Assembly: GCF_000020025.1 (NCBI RefSeq)
Contig: NC_010628.1
Coordinates: forward strand, 1,560,001 to 1,592,000
Source: Nostoc punctiforme PCC 73102
GTDB taxonomy: Bacteria > Cyanobacteriota > Cyanobacteriia > Cyanobacteriales > Nostocaceae
Direction of reading: 5' to 3'
Length of the DNA: 32,000 nucleotides
Under the pieces are notes generated by a model, which was given only the letters and a program-made list of their open reading frames with translations, ran no database searches and had not been told where the DNA came from. Positions 17,347-25,710 of the stretch are shown one piece after another. Within the stretch, counting starts at the first letter, position 1, and the number at the start of each line of letters is the position of its first letter. The translations under genes and the position numbers were made by a program.

Positions 17347-17576
17347 TGCTTAAAGATTTGATTTTTTGTCTACAAGAAGCAGCTTTATACCTTATATTCA
17401 AAAAATCTCGAACACCTCAAGATCCTTCCGAATGTTTTGTGAACCCCCCCTGTGGATGTACTAATCCAGGGCAATATATCCAGTGTGAAGATTGTGATTA
17501 TCTTGAGTCCTGCTTATCGGATTGTAAGCTGCAAAACGTTTCGTTATTTTCATGTTCACAGAATAAATTTAATTAA
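17347..17576 (+). CDS. Questionable Cys-rich mini-ORF (76 aa from ATG 17347; the ORF track starts it at TTG 17316)
   Basis: ...ECFVNPPCGCTNPGQYIQCEDCDYLESCLSDCKLQNVSLFSC... 9 Cys in the 76 aa from the ATG start, including CxC and CxxCx5Cx3C spacing. No SD and no signal peptide. It is the only ORF in a 1-kb AT-rich tract. Confidence 0.2.
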
Positions 17577-18016
17577 TGTAAAAGTAATGCCTACGATAGA
17601 AGTAGGTTTACTCCTATGGTAGAAGTGTGAAAACAAACTAGCTGTTATGTTAATTAGGAATGAAAAAACAATTCATAATAAGTAATTAAAAAGTAGATTG
17701 CAAGTGAATATAAATATTTTTACATTCAGTAAGTATTACTTTTTATTCCTTGCTTTTTTGCGAACAAGCGGCTTTAGTCGTAGTTTCTCAATCATAAAAT
17801 TAAGTAATTACTGATTATGAATTAGTTTGAATCTGATGAATATTTATGTGTTATGGAAGCTTTAAATGCTTTCAATTTTTCCAACACAAACTAAGTGAAA
17901 AACTTCTGAATCTATAACTTGACGATCAAAAGTTACCTAACTTAGCACTGGATTAAGTAGAAAATATCAGTTTTGAACGTCAATCAACCACAGAAATCTA
18001 AAACATAAAAGGGACT

Positions 18017-18844
18017 ATGACCATGAAGCCTTTTAATTTATCTAAAACTGTTCTGGCTACTGCCTTTGCCATCAGTTTCGCTTCTGTATCTTTACCTCCT
18101 TCTGTTTTTGCCCAAAGCGGAGGCTCAGGTAGTGGAGGTTCTAGTAGTGGTAGTAGCTCAGGGACTGGAACTACAGGTACTGGAACTACAGGTACTGGCT
18201 CTGGAACTACAGGCTCTGGCTTAGGTACTGGCTCAGGCACTGGTTCTGGGGCTGAAACTACAGGCTCTGGCTTAGGTACTGGCTCAGGCACTGGTTCTGG
18301 GGCTGGAACTACAGGCTCTGGCTTAGGTACTGGAACTACAGGCACTGGTTCCGGGGCTGGAACTACAGGCTCTGGCTTAGGTACTGGAACTACAGGTGCT
18401 GGCTCAGGTACTGGAACTACAGGCACTGGCTCAGGGACTGGAACTACAGGCTCTGGCTTAGGTACTGGTTCCGGGACTGGAACTACAGGTACTGGTTCAG
18501 GTGCTGGAACTACAGGCACTGGTTCCGGGGCTGGAACTACAGGCACTGGTTCCGGGGCTGGAACTACAAGCACTGGTTCAGATGCTGGCACAACAGGTAC
18601 TGGCACAACAGGTACTGGAACTACAAGTACTGATCCTACAGGCACTGGCACAACAGGTACTGACACTACAGGTACTAACAGGAATACAGGTGTTACAACT
18701 TCCGAAAGAACTAGCGATCGCGGTTTCGATTGGGGTTGGCTAGGTTTACTTGGTCTAGCCGGTTTAGCAGGTCTGGCTCGTAATCGTGATAAAGTCCGGG
18801 CTTATAGCGATCCGAATGAAGTAACGGGTACTCGTTCTAGATAG
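18017..18844 (+). CDS. Secreted Gly/Thr/Ser-repeat protein with a WGxxGxxG-type C-terminal hydrophobic/basic motif (putative cell-envelope sorting signal)
   Basis: Sec-type signal peptide [33 protein letters not shown]. About 190 aa of (G/T/S) repeats. C-terminus [26 protein letters not shown]-rich SD-like 'aaaagggac' precedes the ATG. The plus-strand frame is favoured over the antisense PVP-rich ORF because only it has a signal peptide and a recognisable terminal motif. Confidence 0.75.
18117..18680 (+). repeat. Nested in-frame tandem repeats inside the Gly/Thr-rich gene (51-bp units near 18210-18312; exact 27-bp units near 18515-18570)
   Basis: 'caggctctggcttaggtactggctcaggcactggttctggggctg(a/g)aacta' recurs at 18210 and 18261. 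'ctggaactacaggcactggttccgggg' is repeated back to back. Confidence 0.85.
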
Positions 18845-18955
18845 TATTCACCACACTGTAGGAAGCGTACAGCCGTTATTTTTGTCAAGTTCAGGTTAGG
18901 TCAGTAGGGGCACAATATATTGATATTGCGCCCTTTTAATCACATCCCAGTTTAC

Positions 18956-21019
18956 TCAAGTCGAACTACTGTTTTGTCCAATGAAGATTACATTTGCCAA
19001 AACTTGTATTTTTGTTAGCGCCCGCACCAGACGTTGAGCTTGATGTTTATAAAGTGGTATTGGCAATACTCCAGGCAAATTATTCATCCACTGCCTAGCA
19101 GTAGCCAAACTACATCCTGTAATCAAGACTATTTCTTCAGCACCATAGATAATAGCATTTGTAGTCAGAGCTTTCTCGATCTCCACCTGCCAAAGGCGAG
19201 GCAACATTTCACCCCATTCGATTCGCTGCAAACTACTGCTTGTGGCTAAAACAATCAAGCGATCGCCAGCATAGAGCTTAACATCATACCAGGGCATCAA
19301 GGAATAATTGTCTCGCCGATATTTATGGTAGAGAATTGGCACAACACTGTAGCCAGATGCTATTTCAGATAGAAGTAACCCATTGAGGGTATCACCTTCT
19401 TCAATCTTGTATTCCGTCACCATGACTATTTGCTCGCTCAAGTGAAACAAGCTCAAAACATTTTCCCCAAAGGCAGCGCAAGCAAAGACTTCCGCAGATA
19501 AAGCCGCACCACATAAAACTTGAGCATAGGGAAATAGAGGAGCGATATTATCACTAAAATGACGATCTTGAGAGCGGATAATCAAGCTTGTGGCGGGGTT
19601 AATTGCATGAGCCATCAAACCAATTTCCAGATTTTCCATATTATCGTCCCCAACTAAAATGATGCTTTTAGCAAGCGAGAGATTCACCTTAGCGAGTGCT
19701 TCGTTAGTATTGCCAATAATCAGGGGGATATCTGGTAAAGTGCCTGGATCGAGAGCGGTAGTATGAATTCCTACTAACGGCTGATTGAGTTCTTGCAAAA
19801 GAGCAGCAACTTTCTGTCCCAAGCGATTTAAGCCAATAATCACTACATGGTTGCGTTGTGGTATGGGAGGACGAGAATTGAAAAACTGGAATCTGGAAGT
19901 GACAAGAGCATCAGTCACCAGTGCATATAATACTCCCACGAAAGCTTGACCTATCAATGTAAGCCCCAGGCTAAAAAACCGCAACCACCAAGGGATATGA
20001 TCTGAGGGTTCAGATTGCGATCTAAACTCAACACCGCCAAATAAATCTCCGTATCCTCCCAAGAGCAACACTGCTGTTGCATAGAAAGCTTCTTGCAGGG
20101 TGATGTCAGGATAATACAAGCGGTAAAGAATAATTCCAACGAACCACAGGATTAGTACGGTAATCCCATAAATTGTTGCAATTCGCCGAATTTGATTTTG
20201 GCTTCGGTAGTAAGATTGCCAAAATTGTAATATTTTTTGCTTAAAATTCTTCGCTGTTATGCCTTGAAGAAACTCTTGCCACTGCCACCTTTGGCGATAA
20301 GATTTATTTGTATATTGCTCAGAGAAAGCCAGTTCGTATGCAACATCAATGTAAACGAGCGTGTCTCCTACCTGCACTTCTGCTTCTGGGTTCCATCCAA
20401 ACAATTCTTTGAGGGGATCGGATGAAACGGTTGTGTGACTCAAAATGCGGCGAGTTGTGAGATTGAGTCTATGTACTGGCTTGCCATTGCACCAGCTATC
20501 TTTCGCTTGTACTTGGTGCTTGATTACTTGCAATAGTTGCCCTTCTAAAGTAAAGTAACCGATCGCTTCAGATCCAAGAGATGCTAAAGCAAAGGCATGA
20601 GCAGAGAGATGGGTAGGCTCAAAGGCAAGAAAATTGCCTAAGTTTTCGGATAAAAGTTTGTTAAAATTTTGTTTGTCAGAACGTACAATCAGGCGAACGT
20701 GCGGATTAAGTCGCCGTGCTGCAAACGCTGCTTCTATATTTATCCGCTCATTTCTTGTGACTAAAAGTATTGAGCGACATTGCTTTATACCTGCCTGCTC
20801 TAAAACACAAGGCTTGCGGCAGTCACCGATGATTAATTTTTCTAGCAAGCTTGGTACTTCTGGGACTTCCCAATGTTCGGGTTGTACATCGTCAATGGCG
20901 TTAACTTTAACATCGTATTCCTTTAAAACTGCAACACAATGCTGACCTAAACTTTGGAGTCCGCATACTAAGAAAAGGTCTTGGGTTTTTTTGGGATTGT
21001 TGCTAGGAGGGGGATGCAC
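18956..21019 (-). CDS. Potassium channel protein with RCK/TrkA domains on both sides of the pore (RCK - 2TM pore - RCK - TrkA-C)
   Basis: 687 aa. Rossmann-type motifs LFLVCGLQSLGQ (N-terminal) and HVVIIGLNRLGQ (after the pore). TM helices flank a pore loop with LLLGGYGD (GYGD = nt 20045-20056). C-terminal TrkA-C-like beta domain. Confidence 0.85.
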   Translation of the reverse strand: MHPPPSNNPKKTQDLFLVCGLQSLGQHCVAVLKEYDVKVNAIDDVQPEHWEVPEVPSLLEKLIIGDCRKPCVLEQAGIKQCRSILLVTRNERINIEAAFAARRLNPHVRLIVRSDKQNFNKLLSENLGNFLAFEPTHLSAHAFALASLGSEAIGYFTLEGQLLQVIKHQVQAKDSWCNGKPVHRLNLTTRRILSHTTVSSDPLKELFGWNPEAEVQVGDTLVYIDVAYELAFSEQYTNKSYRQRWQWQEFLQGITAKNFKQKILQFWQSYYRSQNQIRRIATIYGITVLILWFVGIILYRLYYPDITLQEAFYATAVLLLGGYGDLFGGVEFRSQSEPSDHIPWWLRFFSLGLTLIGQAFVGVLYALVTDALVTSRFQFFNSRPPIPQRNHVVIIGLNRLGQKVAALLQELNQPLVGIHTTALDPGTLPDIPLIIGNTNEALAKVNLSLAKSIILVGDDNMENLEIGLMAHAINPATSLIIRSQDRHFSDNIAPLFPYAQVLCGAALSAEVFACAAFGENVLSLFHLSEQIVMVTEYKIEEGDTLNGLLLSEIASGYSVVPILYHKYRRDNYSLMPWYDVKLYAGDRLIVLATSSSLQRIEWGEMLPRLWQVEIEKALTTNAIIYGAEEIVLITGCSLATARQWMNNLPGVLPIPLYKHQAQRLVRALTKIQVLANVIFIGQNSSST

Positions 21020-21131
21020 TTTCTGTTGATAGCAGCAGTCAATACTGCTAACAGTACGTGTTTGGTAGGATTATATCTTACCATTCGGGTAATGTATCCC
21101 TTCACTTACACAACTAAAGAGGTTTTCTGAC

Positions 21132-21284
21132 TATAGCAATCCTATTTGAGTTGTGAAAAATGTAGATTAGAAAACGAACCGCAAAGGACGCATAGACGCG
21201 GAGCGGCTTCCCGCAGGGTAGGGCGCAAAGGGAGGAAAGAAGAAAGAGAGATGTGATTTTCACGAATGATTTAGGACTGCTATA
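21132..21284. mobile_element. MITE-like non-coding element (153 bp) with ~30-bp imperfect terminal inverted repeats
   Basis: Left end tatagcaatcctatttgagttgtgaaaaat. Reverse complement of right end tatagcagtcctaaatcattcgtgaaaatc (~22/30 identical). The interior carries CGCAAAGG-type repeats (gaaccgcaaaggacgcatagacgcggag...ggcgcaaagggagg). No ORF. Confidence 0.6.
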
Positions 21285-21333
21285 TGTAAAAAATTACTTC
21301 TTAATAATATTCTCTGAGGATTGAGAGAGAAGT

Positions 21334-22107
21334 TTAAGAAAGTAAACTAGCAGAATTTACATCTAAAAATAACGTCGCTTGGGATTGTTGACGAAGAATA
21401 GAAGCCGGGCAATCTGTAGTTATAGCTCCTTGCAACATTTCTTTTACCACATTCGCTTTACGTTTTTCTGGAGCAAGACAGATAATTTTTTTAGCTGAAC
21501 AAATTGCTGAGATGGTGACAGTAAAAGCATATTGTGGGACAGTTTCTAGATTTGGAAATTGACCTGTACTAACTTGTTGCTGACGGTTCACTGTATCCAG
21601 TTTTACTAGTTTCACACTATAAGGATCTTGAAAATTTGCTACTGCTGGATCGTTAAAAGCCAAATGTCCATTTTCGCCAATACCAAGACAGCATAAGTCT
21701 ATTGGTTGCGCTTGCAATAATTTTGTGTAGCGATCGCACTCGTTTACTGGTTGCAGCGTATCACCTTCTATATAGTGAAACTCTTTAGGAGCAACCCGCT
21801 TCTCTACACGTTCTCGCATATAGCGCCGGAAACTCGCAGAATGGTCAGCAGTAATTCCCAAATATTCATCTAGATGGAACAGAATAATCCGCGACCAATC
21901 TACGCCACCCAATGCAATCAAAGCATCGAGAAATTTGAGTTGAGAGTTACCTGTTGCTAACAATACAGCAGCTATATCTTGTTGTTTGAGAACTTGCTGT
22001 AAATGCTTTTGGGCGATTTCGGCAACATCTTCGGCCATTTCGACTTCAGAGTTATAAATCTGCACTAATAAATCATCAACGCGAAAAAAGTTTGTAGCGG
22101 TTAGCAT
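21334..22107 (-). CDS. nagB: Glucosamine-6-phosphate deaminase / 6-phosphogluconolactonase-family sugar-phosphate isomerase
   Basis: 257 aa. LLATGNSQ, FHLDEYLG, CLGIGENGHLAFNDP motifs of the NagB/Pgl superfamily. Confidence 0.8.
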   Translation of the reverse strand: MLTATNFFRVDDLLVQIYNSEVEMAEDVAEIAQKHLQQVLKQQDIAAVLLATGNSQLKFLDALIALGGVDWSRIILFHLDEYLGITADHSASFRRYMRERVEKRVAPKEFHYIEGDTLQPVNECDRYTKLLQAQPIDLCCLGIGENGHLAFNDPAVANFQDPYSVKLVKLDTVNRQQQVSTGQFPNLETVPQYAFTVTISAICSAKKIICLAPEKRKANVVKEMLQGAITTDCPASILRQQSQATLFLDVNSASLLS

Positions 22108-22258
22108 TTGCTTACATAGAAGGTTATCAATAATTCACCAGAGGCTTACGTCACAGTGTAAGTATTCCCCTCTATTGACATAGAACAATCACTCAGCACA
22201 AAAACAATGTAAACTATGTAAATTAAGTTAACAATTATTTACATTTTACCAAAAAATC

Positions 22259-22945
22259 ATGCTAGCTGCAATTCTCTTTGACCTCGACGGCACTATTGTC
22301 AATACCGACCCCATACACTACCGAGCTTGGCGGGAAATGCTGTTAAATTACAGCCTAGAAATTGACGAAACATTTTATAAATCCAGAATTAGCGGGCGGC
22401 TAAATCCAGAAATTGTTAAGGATATTTTGCCACAATTATCAACCACAGAAGGGCAGAAATTTGCAGACGAAAAAGAGGCGCTTTTCCGCAAACTCGCCTC
22501 GAATCTTAAACCATTGAATGGATTTTCTGAACTACTAGCATGGACAGAGACACATGAGTTAAAGCGAGCATTAGTAACTAATGCTCCTAGATTAAATGCA
22601 GAATTTATGCTAGAGGTATTGGGAATAAAAGAAGCTTTCCATACAGTTGTTGTAGCGGATGATTGTGTAGCAGGGAAACCTGACCCTGCGCCCTACCAAG
22701 TCGCTCTGAATAAGTTGGCGATTTCAGCAGAGGAAGCGATCGCATTAGAAGACTCTCCCTCTGGTATTCGGGCGGCGGTGAGCGCAGATATCCGCACTAT
22801 TGGTATCGCTTCTACCCACGATCCGCAATTTTTACAAGAAGTTGGCGCATTTATGGCAATTCCAGATTTTACTGATTTGCAGTTGTGGACATTGCTCAAC
22901 TCACTCATTGAGCCAGATTTAAGTGCGATCGCTTCTAACCTGTAA
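22259..22945 (+). CDS. HAD-superfamily hydrolase (beta-phosphoglucomutase-like subfamily IA)
   Basis: 228 aa. Motif I FDLDGTIVNTD, motif II LVTNAP, motif III GKPDPAPY, motif IV EDSPSGIRAA. Confidence 0.85.
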   Translation: MLAAILFDLDGTIVNTDPIHYRAWREMLLNYSLEIDETFYKSRISGRLNPEIVKDILPQLSTTEGQKFADEKEALFRKLASNLKPLNGFSELLAWTETHELKRALVTNAPRLNAEFMLEVLGIKEAFHTVVVADDCVAGKPDPAPYQVALNKLAISAEEAIALEDSPSGIRAAVSADIRTIGIASTHDPQFLQEVGAFMAIPDFTDLQLWTLLNSLIEPDLSAIASNL

Positions 22946-22996
22946 ACGCAAAATCTGAGAATATTAAGAGTAGAGATGCAAATTTTGCCTCTCTAC

Positions 22997-23623
22997 TTAT
23001 TTTTCCGCCAAAATCGTGTAAATTTCCCGTTTAACTTGCTCTAAAAGCTCACGCACCCGATTTATTCGCTCCACATTGCCACTACGAGCAACCTGCACTA
23101 CAACAGCAGCTAATTCTGTTGCAGCATTCCGCAACTCAATAAACTCTTGGGGCTTACCTGTCACGAAACTTTTGACGGTATCCCAAGGAGTATCAGAAGT
23201 TTCTTGTTGGGCACGTTCTGCCAATAATTTTCTACCTTCATCGGTAATCGTGTAAATCCGCTTGCCACCTTCCTGGGCGCTCTTGAGATAACCCCCTTCC
23301 TCCAGCAATTGGAGTGTTGGATACACTGAACCAGGACTGAGGCGACGGAAACCACCATAACGAGTTTCCATCTCTTTAATCAGGTCGTAACCATGACTAG
23401 GATGCTCGGATAACAATTCCAGCAGGATGAACTTGATGTCACCCCGACGAGTCCGATGTTCATCTCCCCAACCACGACCAAACATTTCATTACCAAAGTG
23501 TTTGTCACGATCTCTACCATGATGTCTACCATGCCCAAACCAAGACCTGACAAGCAAGAAATCATCCTCGTTAACTCCTGCCCATGCAGGTGTACCAAAG
23601 CGTGAACGAAAGTGTCTAAACAT
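22997..23623 (-). CDS. PadR-family transcriptional regulator with a His/Arg/Gly-rich N-terminal extension
   Basis: 208 aa. Winged-helix core FILLELLSEHPSHGYDLIKEMETRYGGFRRLSPGSVYPTLQLLEEGGYL, plus a C-terminal helical dimerisation region. Confidence 0.9.
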   Translation of the reverse strand: MFRHFRSRFGTPAWAGVNEDDFLLVRSWFGHGRHHGRDRDKHFGNEMFGRGWGDEHRTRRGDIKFILLELLSEHPSHGYDLIKEMETRYGGFRRLSPGSVYPTLQLLEEGGYLKSAQEGGKRIYTITDEGRKLLAERAQQETSDTPWDTVKSFVTGKPQEFIELRNAATELAAVVVQVARSGNVERINRVRELLEQVKREIYTILAEK

Positions 23624-23650
23624 AAATCAATCTCAAATCAACTTTCTCTA

Positions 23651-23690
23651 ATATACGATATATCGGAATATATCACGATATATCGGAATA
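23651..23690. promoter_or_regulatory. Candidate operator: two tandem 20-bp repeats, each with the perfect 10-bp palindrome CGATATATCG (23656-23665 and 23676-23685)
   Basis: atataCGATATATCGgaata / tatcaCGATATATCGgaata, 17/20 identical. Located 28-67 bp upstream of the padR-like start codon (23623, minus strand). Confidence 0.55.
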
Positions 23691-23808
23691 GAATTTTGAT
23701 GAAGATTTATGAAGTAAGCAATTGTGCCAACGCAAAGCTTAAGAAGAATTCAGAATCAAGGCGCTCGTGACGCTCTTAGCGTTGCTATCAATACACTAAA
23801 ACACTTGT

Positions 23809-23833
23809 AGAGACAGCGATTTATCGCGTCTCT
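23809..23833 (-). terminator. Hairpin immediately after the AraC-family gene (Nostoc-type AGAGAC...GTCTCT repeat/terminator)
   Basis: agagac-a-gcgat tt atcgc gtctct (11 bp stem with one bulge). On the minus-strand transcript it is followed by a U-containing tract (GUGUUUUAGUGU). Confidence 0.5.
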
Positions 23834-24768
23834 TAGGCTGTGCGTAAACGTTCAATATCCCTGATCGGCGGCGCACCGAACATCCGGGAATATTCGCGGC
23901 TGAACTGTGAGGGGCTTTCATAACCCACCTGATAGGCAGCATTCGCCGCATCGGAGTTTTCGGCAAGCATCAGACGACGTGCTTCCAACAGTCTTAATTG
24001 CTTTTGATATTGAAGCGGACTCATCGATGTCACTTTCTTGAAATGGTGATGGAAAGATGAAGGAGACATACTTGCCTGCCCAGCTAGCTCCTCAACCCGC
24101 ATCGGCTTTGTAAAATCAGCCTTGATGAGTTTTATCACCTCGGCGATGCGCTGCATATTGCTGCCAGATGTTGCTATTTGGCGAACAGCTTCGCCCTGTT
24201 CACCCATTAGAAGGCGATAATAGATTTCGCGGATAATCATCGGCGCAAGGATCGGGATATCCTGGGGCGTATCTAAAAGCCGTGTTAGTCTCATAGCGCA
24301 ATCGAGCAACGGTGCATCGATGGTGCTAACAAATAAGCCTCTGACAGAGTTCTTCTTCTCCTCAATCACATTGGTTTGAGCAGTAATAATATCGCAGAGT
24401 TGACGTGGATCTAGATTCAGCTTGAATCCTAAATAGGGTTTCTCTGGGGTTGCCTCAACGATAAACGCACTTAATGGCAAATCAACCGAGACTACCAGAT
24501 ATTGAGCCGCGCTATAACGATAGGTTTCATCACACAGCAACGCTTCCTTTTTACCCTGAACAAGGATGGCAAGGATAGGTTCGCAGACACCTTGTAGTGT
24601 AGTGGAAACAGAAGATTCTCGCTGAAATTCCAGCTGCTCAATACCTGTTTTATGAAAACCGTCCCCTTTGCCATCAGTGCGACGAGTGACTAGTGCTGCC
24701 AATTCTTGACATTGATGAGCGATCGCACTTTGGTTTATGACTTGGTTGATGATTTTGCTCGTCACCAT
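23833..24768 (-). CDS. AraC-family transcriptional regulator (N-terminal AraC_N-type ligand domain, C-terminal double HTH)
   Basis: 311 aa. C-terminus ...MSPSSFHHHFKKVTSMSPLQYQKQLRLLEARRLM...AAYQVGYESPSQFSREYSRMFGAPP. Divergent from an SDR gene. Confidence 0.9.
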   Translation of the reverse strand: MVTSKIINQVINQSAIAHQCQELAALVTRRTDGKGDGFHKTGIEQLEFQRESSVSTTLQGVCEPILAILVQGKKEALLCDETYRYSAAQYLVVSVDLPLSAFIVEATPEKPYLGFKLNLDPRQLCDIITAQTNVIEEKKNSVRGLFVSTIDAPLLDCAMRLTRLLDTPQDIPILAPMIIREIYYRLLMGEQGEAVRQIATSGSNMQRIAEVIKLIKADFTKPMRVEELAGQASMSPSSFHHHFKKVTSMSPLQYQKQLRLLEARRLMLAENSDAANAAYQVGYESPSQFSREYSRMFGAPPIRDIERLRTA

Positions 24769-24930
24769 GTTCTTCGATTAATTTAATCATCCTCTTGTAG
24801 GCATTGTAGAACATCGATTTGGAGAATTAGGCAATAAAGCGCGAGGTTTGTGTATTTCAAACCTTTGCACTTACTCATACGATGAACACATCCAAAATTT
24901 AAATAAACCTCAACAGAGGGAAAAATAACC

Positions 24931-25665
24931 ATGTTAAACGTAGAAAATAAAGTCATTGCGATCGCTGGAGCCAGTAGCGGTATTGGTGAAGCCACAGCTA
25001 AGTTACTCGCTAAAAATGGTGCAAAAGTCGTTTTAGGGGCACGGCGCACCCAAAAGCTAGAAAAGATTATCGAGGAGATCCGTAACCAGGGTTATATAGC
25101 GGAATTCAAAGCGGTGGATGTTACGAATCGTGAGGATATGAAAGCGTTCATTCACTTCGCCAAAGATAAGTTTGGTCGTGTCGATGTCATCTTTAACAAT
25201 GCAGGCGTGATGCCCCTATCGCCGATGAATGCCCTGAAAGTCGAGGAATGGGACAACATGATTAATGTGAATATCCACGGCGTATTGAATGGTATTGCTG
25301 CTGGTTTACCAATCATGGAAGCGCAAGGCAGTGGACAGTTTATCAATACCGCGTCCATCGCCGCGCACATGGTAGGGCCTACCAGCGCGGTCTATTCCGC
25401 GACAAAATTTGCTGTTTGGGCCATATCCGATGGATTACGTCAAGAATCGAAAAATATTCGCGTGACAATAATATCCCCTGGCGTGGTTGAGACTGAACTC
25501 GGCTCTGATATCACAGATGAATCAGCAACAGGCTTCTTGAAAGAACTTCGGAAAATCGCACTGACCCCAGATGCGATCGCTAGAGCCGTCTTATATGCCG
25601 TATCCCAACCGGATGATGTTGATATCAATGAAGTGATTGTCCGTCCGACGGCAAGCGCATTCTAA
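24931..25665 (+). CDS. Short-chain dehydrogenase/reductase (classical SDR oxidoreductase)
   Basis: 244 aa. AGASSGIGEATA (TGxxxGxG), NNAG, catalytic S...YSATKFAV (YxxxK). SD-like GAGGGA lies upstream. Confidence 0.92.
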   Translation: MLNVENKVIAIAGASSGIGEATAKLLAKNGAKVVLGARRTQKLEKIIEEIRNQGYIAEFKAVDVTNREDMKAFIHFAKDKFGRVDVIFNNAGVMPLSPMNALKVEEWDNMINVNIHGVLNGIAAGLPIMEAQGSGQFINTASIAAHMVGPTSAVYSATKFAVWAISDGLRQESKNIRVTIISPGVVETELGSDITDESATGFLKELRKIALTPDAIARAVLYAVSQPDDVDINEVIVRPTASAF

Positions 25666-25710
25666 CTTTGGGAGCGCATTGAAGAGGTATTGGGCATTGA
25701 AAATAGGCAG

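Noticed and set aside
17998-18666. 222-aa Pro/Val/Glu-rich ORF ([10 protein letters not shown] repeats) on the minus strand
   Set aside because: It is the antisense shadow of the Gly/Thr repeat gene: GGT/ACT/GGC codons read in reverse give Pro/Val. It has no signal peptide and no start context, and its non-repeat ends look random. The plus-strand frame, by contrast, has a signal peptide and a recognisable C-terminal motif. The 80-aa +frame ORF at 18501-18743 is likewise a repeat-induced alternative frame.
18117-18680. Possible CRISPR array or other non-coding tandem array
   Set aside because: The repeats are contiguous with no unique spacers. They have periods of 27 and 51 bp (multiples of 3) and lie in an ORF with a signal peptide and a C-terminal motif, so this is a coding repeat. 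The heptamer arrays (6642-6690, 26541-26690, 28193-28300) are also far too short-period to be CRISPR.
24783-25049. 88-aa minus-strand ORF overlapping the SDR start and the AraC/SDR promoter region
   Set aside because: It overlaps the well-supported SDR gene in antisense, and its product has no features. It is probably spurious.
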